DNA of 64,000 nucleotides from Dehalococcoidia bacterium. Lineage in GTDB: Bacteria > Chloroflexota > Dehalococcoidia > Lucifugimonadales > CAZENU01. The translations under genes and the position numbers were made by a program. Shown in pieces: positions 1-9,271 of this stretch (positions are counted from its first letter, which is position 1; the number at the start of each line of letters is the position of its first letter). The notes beneath the pieces were generated by a model. That model was not told the origin of the DNA. It was given only the letters and a program-made list of their open reading frames with translations, and ran no database searches. The stretch covers positions 408,435 to 472,434 of the forward strand of contig CBDCTC010000006.1 in the NCBI GenBank assembly GCA_965222125.1, written 5' to 3'.

Positions 1-620
1 CCCTGTACGCCTAGCAGGCTCGACACCCAGCCCTCGTTGGCCAGCCCCTGCCTGCTCAGCTCCGTGACCTCGCAGTGGTTGATGATCGGCAGGCCGAACG
101 ACGAGCTGTAGGTCAGCGCCTGCCGCATGACGTTCGCGTTGTGGACGGGCAGGCCGTCGTCGCTGAACCCCACCACGCCGGCCTCCGCGAGCTCGCCCAT
201 CTCGGCGAGCTGCTTCCCCCGGCTGCCCTTGGTCACGCAGCCGATGGGCAGGACGCGGACCGCGCCCTCGTCACGCCCCTTGCGCAGCACGAAGTCGACC
301 ACCGCGCGGGAGTCGATAACCGGGTCGGTGTTGGGCATCGCGCACACCGTGGTGAAGCCCCCCCGGGCCGCGGCCCTCGTGCCGGTGGCGATCGTCTCCT
401 TGTGCTCGAAGCCGGGCTCCCTCAGGTGGCAGTGCAGGTCGACGAATCCGGGGCATACCACCAGCCCGGTAGCGTCCAGGACATCGGCGTTTTCCTTCTC
501 CACGTCTTCCTCGACGCCGAGAATCTTGCCGTCCTCGATGACCACGTCGGCGATCCGGTCGATTCCCTGTGAGGGATCAATCACGCGACCATTCTTGATC
601 AGGATTGGTGTGGAGGTCAT
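1..620 (-). CDS. pyrC: dihydroorotase, N-terminal part (gene runs off the left window edge)
   Basis: Reverse complement from ATG 620..618 reads MTSTPILIKNGRVIDPSQG...LVVCPGFVDLHCHLREPGFEHKETI...CAMPNTDP, with the HxH metal-binding motif and typical DHOase N-terminus. It is absent from the ORF track only because there is no stop inside the window. It lies downstream of pyrR-pyrB. Confidence 0.85.
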   Translation of the reverse strand, partial: MTSTPILIKNGRVIDPSQGIDRIADVVIEDGKILGVEEDVEKENADVLDATGLVVCPGFVDLHCHLREPGFEHKETIATGTRAAARGGFTTVCAMPNTDPVIDSRAVVDFVLRKGRDEGAVRVLPIGCVTKGSRGKQLAEMGELAEAGVVGFSDDGLPVHNANVMRQALTYSSSFGLPIINHCEVTELSRQGLANEGWVSSLLGVQ

Positions 621-624
621 GGAC

Positions 625-987
625 TCAGAGCCTCTCAAGGATGGAGTCGACGTGCGAGTGGGTTGGGATGGGCTCCTTGCGGTCCCACCACCGGAACTCG
701 CTGACTTCGTGTCCCATCACCACGTCGCCGTCGGCCTCGATCAGGAAGACGTGGTGCTTGTTGATGCCCGTTTCCAAGACGAAGAGAGGCTCGGTCCGTT
801 CTGCACTCAGGCCCGTTTCTTCGAAGAGCTCGCGCGCTGCGGCAGCGGCCGGTGTTTCGCCGGGCTCTATGCCGCCTCCCGGCATTGCGAAGTTCGGGTT
901 GACGTCACGGACCAGCAGCACCCTGCCGGCCCTGGGCACAACCACTGTGGCCCGATCGCGGAGTCGACGTCCGCTCATTCCCCGCAC
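625..987 (-). CDS. NUDIX hydrolase
   Basis: 120-aa ORF with a NUDIX box [24 protein letters not shown] (GX5EX7REUXEEXGU pattern). Its stop lies 4 nt before the pyrC ATG. Confidence 0.8.
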   Translation of the reverse strand: MRGMSGRRLRDRATVVVPRAGRVLLVRDVNPNFAMPGGGIEPGETPAAAAARELFEETGLSAERTEPLFVLETGINKHHVFLIEADGDVVMGHEVSEFRWWDRKEPIPTHSHVDSILERL

Positions 988-1049
988 CTCTCACAAGATC
1001 GTGCCTCAGGGTCGATCGTCAGGCCTCCGGCTATCGGAATGGCCATCGG

Positions 1050-2683
<1,634 letters not shown>

Positions 2684-2697
2684 CTACCAGGATGCTA

Positions 2698-2728
2698 CCT
2701 TGCCAGCCTCGCGGGACTGGATTAAAGG
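2698..2728 (-). promoter_or_regulatory. candidate PyrR-binding stem-loop
   Basis: Minus strand CCUUUAAUCCAGUCCCGCGAGGCUGGCAAGG has a UCCAG...AGGCU core resembling the PyrR binding-loop consensus (UCCAGAGAGGCU). It lies 45 nt upstream of the terminator hairpin. Confidence 0.35.
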
Positions 2729-2901
2729 TCGTCGACTAGGTCCGGACGTCGCGTGTCAACGTGACCGGCATTGTACCCAATCGCCGCCGTCCGCTTCAAC
2801 CGCCCCCTTTTCCCAAACCGGTCGGTCTCCCGGCCTGGCGGCTTTGACTCGGCGGCGGCGGCGGCATAGAATCGAACGACCACGCACCGGAGACGCAACA
2901 T

Positions 2902-3531
2902 ATGTCAAAGATAGCCTTCGACGTATTCGCCGACTACGCCTGACCGTTCGTTCACAATGCAGCCGTGTGGCTGGATAGAGTAGCCAAGGCCGAGCCGGGA
3001 CTCATAGACGTCACCTGGAAGAGCTTCGTACTGGACCAGATCAACAGCAAGAACGGCCCTGACTGGAAGATCTGGGAGCAGGACGACCGGTACGACAGCC
3101 GCTCCCTGCTGTCGCTGCACGCCGGAGAGTCGGCGAAGCTGCAGGGCCGCGACGCGTTCGAGCGGTTCCATGTCGCGCTCCTCGTCGCCCGCCACGGCGG
3201 ACGCCGCCTGTCGCTTAACGACCGCGGCGCGCTCGTCGAGGTGGCGCGGGAGGTCGGCCTCGACGCCCCCCGGTTCGAGCAGGGGCTGGACGACCTCAGC
3301 CTGCTCGATAACATCGCCCGCGACCACAAGGAGGCGGTGGAGCAGCACGGGGTCTTTGGCACACCGACATTCCTGTTCGAGAACGGCACGTCGGCGTACC
3401 TGAAGTCCTTCGTACCGCCGGAGGACGACTCGGTCGACTTCTTCAACCATTTCGTCGCCATCTTCGCGGACCGTGCCTACGTAGGGGAGATCAAACGCCC
3501 CCAGCCTCCGTGGCCCAAGGGCGCCGTGTAG
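2902..3531 (+). CDS. DsbA/thioredoxin-fold oxidoreductase with in-frame TGA at 2941 (candidate selenocysteine codon)
   Basis: ATG 2902 gives MSKIAFDVFADYA-TGA-PFVHNAAVWLDRV..., in frame with the ORF-track ORF that starts at GTG 2965. The TGA sits where DsbA/FrnE-type proteins have the first active-site Cys. The cis-Pro motif GVFGTPTFLFENG is present in the C-terminal part. Confidence 0.6.
2957..2976 (+). promoter_or_regulatory. candidate bacterial SECIS hairpin
   Basis: AAUGCAGCC-GUGU-GGCUGGAUU: 5 perfect bp, then one G.G mismatch, then 2 more bp. The apical loop contains GU and its first G is 22 nt after the UGA. Confidence 0.4.
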
Positions 3532-3625
3532 CGCCGCCGCACCCGGGAGACCACTGCGTAAGTCCCTGCGGGAAACGGATGTGGTGGAGATGCGTAGATT
3601 TCGAAGCTGGGGACCCCCACTCTGG

Positions 3626-3645
3626 ATTCCCGCCTGCGCGGGAAT
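3626..3645. repeat. REP-like palindrome ATTCCCGC-CTGC-GCGGGAAT
   Basis: Perfect 8-bp stem in the intergenic space between the DsbA-like gene and rnc. It is the motif that reads ...VIPAQAGIQ... in the spurious antisense ORF 2905..3684. There is a single copy in this window. Confidence 0.4.
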
Positions 3646-3698
3646 GACGGTTATGCAAGGGTCTCCACTCGGCGTGAAGGGCATCGAGTTCGAGCGGG

Positions 3699-4415
3699 TT
3701 GCGGGTTAGGGAAAATGCCGTGAGCGACATAGGCGCTCTGGAGGCCGCTCTGGGAGTTGAGTTCAGAGACCGACGCCTTCTGGAGTTAGCGCTCGTCCAC
3801 GGTTCTTACCTGAACGAGAGTCCCGGCTCGTCCGAAGAGTCGAACGAGCGGCTGGAGTTTCTCGGCGACGCCGTGATAGGCGTGGCGGCGGCCCACGAGC
3901 TCTATCGGCGCAATCCCGAGTGGCCGGAAGGCCGGCTTAGCGAGGCCAGATCGGAGCTCGTGCGGGGTGAGACCCTCGCCCGCGTCGCGTCGCGGCTGGC
4001 GCTGGGCGACCATCTCAGGATGGGCAGGGGAGGGGCCTCCAGCGGAGGTCGACAGAGTCCGAGCGTGCTCGCCTCGGCGCTCGAGGCGGTCGTCGGCGCC
4101 CTGTTTCTCGACCGAGGCTACCCCGATGCCGAGGCCCTGGCGCTTCGACTGCTGGAGCCCGAGATGCCTCGGCTCGAGCGGCCGTCGGCTGCCCGGAACC
4201 CGAAGTCGGCTCTGCAGGAGGCTTTGCAGGCGGCGGGAGCGGAGCTGCCCACGTACAGCATCGTCGACGTCACGGGCCAGGATCCCACGCGGCAGTTCAC
4301 GGCCGAGGTGTGCATCGACGGCCGTGTGCTCGGCTCCGGCACGGGCCCTCGAAAGTCCACAGCGGAGCGCCGCGCGGCGGAGGCGGCGCTCGCGGCGATG
4401 TCCGAACTCCGCTGA
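3699..4415 (+). CDS. rnc: ribonuclease III
   Basis: NERLEFLGDAV signature plus a C-terminal dsRBD (KSALQE...GSGTGPRKSTAERRAAEAAL). The start may be GTG 3720 rather than TTG 3699. Confidence 0.9.
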   Translation: MRVRENAVSDIGALEAALGVEFRDRRLLELALVHGSYLNESPGSSEESNERLEFLGDAVIGVAAAHELYRRNPEWPEGRLSEARSELVRGETLARVASRLALGDHLRMGRGGASSGGRQSPSVLASALEAVVGALFLDRGYPDAEALALRLLEPEMPRLERPSAARNPKSALQEALQAAGAELPTYSIVDVTGQDPTRQFTAEVCIDGRVLGSGTGPRKSTAERRAAEAALAAMSELR

Positions 4416-4437
4416 CTCACGACAGGAGGGAACGAAC

Positions 4438-5478
4438 GTGAAGCTGGCCATCCTGCCCAGGCCTATGGAGCTGGTCATCGAGGACCAGTTCCTAGACACC
4501 GAGAACCTCGGCCCCCGCGATGTATACGTGGAGACGGAGCTGACGGCGTTTAAGCTCGGCACCGACCGTGGGAACTACGAAGGCGAGCCGGGGATCCCAG
4601 GCGCCGGCAACAGCTTCCCCAGGAGCGTCGGCGACAGCACGGTCGGCATCGTACGCGGTGTGGGCTCCGGGGTTACCCGCTTCAGGGTCGGCGACCGCGT
4701 CGTGTCTCAGACGGGGCACCGGTCCGCGCACGTCACCCGCGAGGACGACTACGGCGCCACGGGCAACCTCGTGAAGGTGCCCGAGGGCGTCCATCCCGAA
4801 GATGCCGTATACGCCGTCCTTTACTCGCTGAGCGGGTCCTGCTACACGAAGGCGCGTTTCCGGCCGGGCGAGTACGTGGCCGTGGTCGGCACGGGCGTCC
4901 TGGGCATCGCCGCGGTGGCCCTGGGTCCGATCTACGGCGCGCAGGTGGCCGCCATTGCCAACAGCCCCGTGCGCGTGGACATGGCCCTCAAGATGGGCGC
5001 ACACGCCGCGTTCATGTACGACGACCCCGGCCTGCAGGCCAGGCTGGACGAGTTCAGCCTCGGCAACGGGATAGACCTGGTCATTCTCACAGCCAACCCG
5101 TGGCCGGCCTACCGGACCTCGGTCGAGATCGTCCGCCGCGGCGGACGCGTCTCCATCGTGAGCCTGCTGGGTAGGGGAGAGCGGCCCGCGGACTTCAACC
5201 CGCTGTACTCGGGCTACTTCTTCGACAAGGGCATCTCGATCATCGCCGTCAACGGCCGGGTCGAGGACCTCTACCCGAGCGAGACCGGCGCCGGGCTGAC
5301 CCAGTGGCGCAAGACCGAGCGGATACTGGCGCTGATGGCCGGCGGCCGGCTGCAGCCGAGGAAGACTATCACCCACCGCATGCACTACACCGAGATGAAG
5401 AAGGCCTACGACATGGCCTCCAGCCGCGATAAGAACATGCTCGGCGTGGTGTTCGACTGGACCGACGTCACGGGCTAA
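4438..5478 (+). CDS. MDR-superfamily (zinc-type alcohol dehydrogenase-like) oxidoreductase
   Basis: GTG 4438 lies behind AGGAGGG. Rossmann motif VVGTGVLGIAAV. The ORF-track start at 3967 is an extension overlapping rnc in another frame. Confidence 0.8.
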   Translation: MKLAILPRPMELVIEDQFLDTENLGPRDVYVETELTAFKLGTDRGNYEGEPGIPGAGNSFPRSVGDSTVGIVRGVGSGVTRFRVGDRVVSQTGHRSAHVTREDDYGATGNLVKVPEGVHPEDAVYAVLYSLSGSCYTKARFRPGEYVAVVGTGVLGIAAVALGPIYGAQVAAIANSPVRVDMALKMGAHAAFMYDDPGLQARLDEFSLGNGIDLVILTANPWPAYRTSVEIVRRGGRVSIVSLLGRGERPADFNPLYSGYFFDKGISIIAVNGRVEDLYPSETGAGLTQWRKTERILALMAGGRLQPRKTITHRMHYTEMKKAYDMASSRDKNMLGVVFDWTDVTG

Positions 5479-5570
5479 CACCGTATGCTAGTTTCACGGT
5501 GCTCTCTTGACATAGCTGCCGCCATGCGCTGGATCTGGGTGTGGTAACTTGACTCTAGGACGGTGGAGGT

Positions 5571-6060
5571 ATGCGTGTCATGGCTGTAAACGGGACCATT
5601 ATTCCGTTCCCCCGGGCTACGACTTACATGGCTGAGTGGCAAGGCTTCTATTCGACACCGCAGGTCTCTCGCCTGGCCAGAGTACCGCTGAGTACCCTGT
5701 ACAGCTGGAAAGAGAGAGCGGTTATCATGCCTTCGGTCGAGGTCGTGGACAAGGACGGCTATGTCGTTGAGGAGGGCTACTCCTATGCCGACCTGACGAT
5801 TATCAAGATCATGCGGGCACTCAGGGAAGATCGACTGGATCTAAGTTCAGTTGGCGTAGCGCTTCGCCATATGTATGAGAGATTAGGCCCGCCGAGCGAG
5901 GGGTGGTCTGATGCCAATGTGTACATTGTTGGGAACAAGATTTTTGCCGAAAAGTCAGACGAGTGGCACACAACGTCGGCCACTGGCTTCGGACAAAGAG
6001 TGGCCACGCGTCTGTTCGATGATTTGTTTCCCTTGCTACGGGAACGAGAAGAAGAAGGTT
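5571..6060 (+). pseudogene. HTH + DUF433-type (antitoxin-like) gene, 5' part, interrupted by an IS
   Basis: MerR-like HTH (YSTPQVSRLARVPLSTLYSWKERAVI). The ORF ends at a TGA created by the IS junction. Joining 6060 to 8071 restores ...REREEEG-SILVPRDYSEYVEINPSIMGGQPVIRNTRIP (DUF433 core) in frame. Confidence 0.6.
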
Positions 6061-8064
6061 GATTTCCTCGTAACAAGGGGCTTTCGGGTTGGTACTGGGG
6101 AGTGAGGACGGTTTAGGTGTGGAGGGGTTGGATGTTCCGGTTGGGGCTTGTGTAGTGGCCGATGAGGTCGTTGTGGTGCGACCAACGCCGTCCGGGAAGA
6201 GATTACCGGGTTGGCAGCGTCACCCGCAAGGTCATGCAGCGGCGGGGACAGTGGCCAGGGCAGCCGGCCGGGCCAACGTCTCGTCCATCTCGATCAGTCG
6301 TGCCCCGACCATCCGCTTGACGTTGCATGCCAGGGCCTTGAGGTAGACGGCGAGCCGGACCCTCTCGCCGCCACGTACCCGTAAGCGGCCAAGACCATGG
6401 CGCCGTTTCATCTCCGAGTTCGTCCCCTCTATCCCCGCACGCAGCCCGTACCGTTTGCGCCACTGTCCGTCTGACTCTGCCGCACGCCTCCGTGCGATGT
6501 TCATCCTCGCCAGGTCCGCACTCAGCACGTAGGCTCCACCCCGTGACCACTCTCCCCCAAGCTCAGGGCGACTGCGCCACCTCACAGGACACCGGGCACG
6601 CAGCGCGCAGGGCTCACACACCGCCCGGGCGAAGTGTATCTCCACCCGCTCAGGCGCATCCTCATCCTCGTACTCCGCCACCGCCCCATGTCCCGCGGGA
6701 CACACCGCACTCCTCGTCGCCATAACGTCGATGTCAAAGTCAGCAGCAGTCAGTCTGACCGGCTCATCACCACCTCCGTCGGGTTCCTTGTGCGACCGGC
6801 CACCGACCGGGCTCACCAGCTCCGTACCCCTGCGCTCCGCCTCCCATCCGTTCCGGCCAGAACCATATGACGTGTCCGCCCACAGCTCCGAAGGACCTAT
6901 CCCCCGTTCACTCAACTCGTCGATCACCCGCGTCGTCACCACAGAGTCGCTGCCGCTCGATGGCGTGACCTCCACATGCGTGATCATCTGAACGGCGTTG
7001 TCGCTCTCACACGTCTCGGCCACCTGCACCTCGTATCCCTTCCCCTTGTGTCCGCTGTAGGTCACCGCAGGGTCGTGCGGTGTCTGCAGCGAGTCCGACC
7101 GCACATCCCTCGGCTCCCTCAGCGCTATCGGCACCTTCCCCTCTGCCGCATCGTCGTCATCCGCTCCGGGACGACTGTCCCTGTGACCACCCACGTGGCA
7201 CTGCTCGCGCAACAGCCGCTCCAACAGCCCGTACTCGTCCATCTGCGCCACCGCCGTCCCGCGGAACCGATCGACCAGCCGGTACACGTCGCGCGCGCAC
7301 ACCGACAGCCGGCGACGCCCCTCTTCCGAACGCGCGTCCTCGTATCGGGTTGCTTCTGCGGTCTCCTTCAGGTACCGCTGGGCCAGACTATCCCCAATCC
7401 CTTCTCCCAAGCCAGGGTGCTCACGGCTCACCGCCAGCAGAAACACCTGGATCGTCTCGCAGAACAGCCCCAACCGCGTCAACACCGCGATGTTGCTCAT
7501 GATGTGCGTAGAGTCAACGCGCTGCTTGCCTGTACGAAGACCCAGAGCCTCGATCATCCGGTCCGTCGTCTCGCAGAACGCCAACCGCCCCCCGTCGTGC
7601 TCCATCAACCGCACGCGGAAGTTGTGCAGCGTCTTTTGCGCAAGGTGTGCCTCCTCCATCTCCAACCCCAGCGCGTGATGCCACAGCAGGTTGAACTCCA
7701 ACTCCTCCAGGGCCTCGATGTCCGTCAGATCGAACATCTCCTTGAGCACCAGCACCCCGAGCACCGTCTGCACCGCGCGGTTGGGCCTCCCCATGTCCGC
7801 GCTGTACATCGCAGCGAACCGCTCCTCGTCTATCAGCGGCAGAGCCTCCTTCCGAAACACCTGCGCCCAACTCCTCCGCATCAGCCTTGCCTTCCTCGGC
7901 GTGATCAGAAACTCCGACTGCCATAAGCTCTCTTGAGGCTCTCTCGTTCGAAACATCGACTGCCTACTCCTGCTCCTGCTCCTGAGTCTTCTCTCCTCCA
8001 CCTTCTCCAGGACCTATTATCTTCAATCCCACAACCCTCAACCACGACTTTTTACGACAGAATC
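6061..8064 (-). mobile_element. IS element, 2004 bp (IS5/IS1182-superfamily-like), flanked by a 6-bp direct repeat AAGGTT
   Basis: Terminal inverted repeats GATTTCCTCGTAACAAG (6061-) and GATTCTGTCGTAAAAAG (reverse complement of -8064), about 13/18 identical. AAGGTT is present at 6055-6060 and 8065-8070. Excision restores the host ORF in frame. Confidence 0.75.
6232..8001 (-). CDS. DDE transposase
   Basis: 589-aa ORF. The C-terminus ...RYGLRAGIEGTNSEMKRRHGLGRLRVRGGERVRLAVYLKALACNVKRM is typical of IS5/IS1182-type DDE transposases. The N-terminal region resembles the InsH-like N-terminal domain. Confidence 0.8.
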   Translation of the reverse strand: MEERRLRSRSRSRQSMFRTREPQESLWQSEFLITPRKARLMRRSWAQVFRKEALPLIDEERFAAMYSADMGRPNRAVQTVLGVLVLKEMFDLTDIEALEELEFNLLWHHALGLEMEEAHLAQKTLHNFRVRLMEHDGGRLAFCETTDRMIEALGLRTGKQRVDSTHIMSNIAVLTRLGLFCETIQVFLLAVSREHPGLGEGIGDSLAQRYLKETAEATRYEDARSEEGRRRLSVCARDVYRLVDRFRGTAVAQMDEYGLLERLLREQCHVGGHRDSRPGADDDDAAEGKVPIALREPRDVRSDSLQTPHDPAVTYSGHKGKGYEVQVAETCESDNAVQMITHVEVTPSSGSDSVVTTRVIDELSERGIGPSELWADTSYGSGRNGWEAERRGTELVSPVGGRSHKEPDGGGDEPVRLTAADFDIDVMATRSAVCPAGHGAVAEYEDEDAPERVEIHFARAVCEPCALRARCPVRWRSRPELGGEWSRGGAYVLSADLARMNIARRRAAESDGQWRKRYGLRAGIEGTNSEMKRRHGLGRLRVRGGERVRLAVYLKALACNVKRMVGARLIEMDETLARPAALATVPAAA

Positions 8065-8070
8065 AAGGTT

Positions 8071-8293
8071 CTATCCTGGTCCCACGAGACTACAGTGAAT
8101 ATGTAGAGATCAACCCTAGTATTATGGGCGGACAGCCGGTTATACGAAACACGCGGATCCCACATCCCTGTCTCCCACGTTGCTAGCCAAGGGGTCGTCT
8201 ATAGACGACCTGATTCGGTTGTACTACCCAATTCCCCGAGAAACCATCGAAAAAACCGTCGAGTTCGAGAAGTACCTTGACAGCGCTGCCTAG
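8071..8293 (+). pseudogene. 3' part of the DUF433-type gene, additionally frameshifted
   Basis: EYVEINPSIMGGQPVIRNTRIP is followed by IPVSHV and then LLAKGSSIDDLIRLYYPIPRETIEKTVEFEKYLDSAA in two other frames. At least 2 frame changes are needed. Confidence 0.55.
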
Positions 8294-8295
8294 GC

Positions 8296-8730
8296 TGGAA
8301 CGATTGTTGTTGGACGCCGACCCTTGATGTTGACATCCAGCCCTACCCCGAGGCCGTTGGGTTTCAGACTCGGTTTGCCTTACATATCGAGGCTGACGAA
8401 CGTGATGACGTTGCTCTACTCAGATGGGCAAGAAAGAACCACCATATTCTCGTCTGCCATGACAAGCACAAGGACCGATCGACGCGGTTAGAGCTTTATC
8501 CCGAGCTATACATCAATGGCTGGCATATCCTGTGAATCACCGGAGACTCCAGCCAAGATGTGTTGACGGTACTCGGCAAGATTGTGGTCAATCGTGAGAA
8601 GTGGCGCACATGGTTCAGCGAAAACGATGGTGAGATAATACTGAAGATGGATGGGGCCATCTACCGCTCTGCCCACGACCTCTACAGGATGGTGGAGAGG
8701 CACTCTGAGGCAGCCGATGCTGCCAGGTGA
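8296..8730 (+). pseudogene. decayed partner gene (possibly DUF5615/PIN-like toxin type)
   Basis: RLERLLLDADP (stop) is followed by ...HIEADERDDVALLRWARKNHHILVCHDKHKD...GWHIL(TGA)ITGDSSQ... in another frame. That is one frameshift and one in-frame stop. The family assignment is weak. Confidence 0.35.
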
Positions 8731-8879
8731 ATACGCGACCGAAAACCAGTACGACGCGGCAAGCGCTCAACACGTACAACGCCCCCGCGGCAGAACCGCC
8801 TGTTTGACTGCGATTCGGAAAACGACGAATCCCTAGGCCGTACTGTCTAACGTGTGTCTTCGGATAGCCGCTCGCAACC

Positions 8880-8908
8880 TTGACACCCAACCCGGGCTAA
8901 TCTATTCT
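8880..8908 (+). promoter_or_regulatory. sigma70-like promoter for the ileS leader
   Basis: TTGACA (8880-8885), a 17-nt spacer, then TATTCT (8903-8908). Confidence 0.45.
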
Positions 8909-8911
8909 GGA

Positions 8912-9193
8912 TCTACTGGCTGTGATGGAGACGAACAGGCTGGAACACGGGGCGCTCAGCGAGTCTGGCACGGTGAGAGCAGACGCGGCCCGCCCGGCCC
9001 AATATCCCTCCAGAGCCGCGGCCCGAACTTCCTCGGCAGAGGAATTGTAGGCGCCGCCGGAGTCGCCCTCCGTTAACATGGGCGGCCCGATGAATACGGG
9101 CTACAGAGAGTTCCGGCGTTCGCGGTGAGCGTCGGGGAATGAGGGTGGTACCGCGGGTATTTTCGACCCGTCCCTATGAGGGGCGGGTTTTTT
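8912..9193 (+). promoter_or_regulatory. T-box leader with intrinsic terminator
   Basis: Canonical T-box sequence AAUGAGGGUGGUACCGCGG at 9138-9156. Terminator ACCCGUCCC-UAUGA-GGGGCGGGU plus U6 at 9166-9193. F-box-like CCGUUA and distal-loop-like GGUGAGAGC are present. The candidate specifier AUC (Ile) is at 9004-9006. An aminoacyl-tRNA synthetase gene follows. Confidence 0.8.
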
Positions 9194-9271
9194 GTTGCGC
9201 GAGACGGGACGGACCGGGGCCGGCAGGCGTCGAAGAGTACCGTTCCCCGGAGCGATGGTAGGAGCAGTGGC

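Noticed and set aside
3967-4437. N-terminal 157-aa extension of the dehydrogenase ORF overlapping rnc
   Set aside because: It is an Arg/Ser/Pro-rich out-of-frame read-through of rnc. GTG 4438 has a good SD, and the MDR fold starts there.
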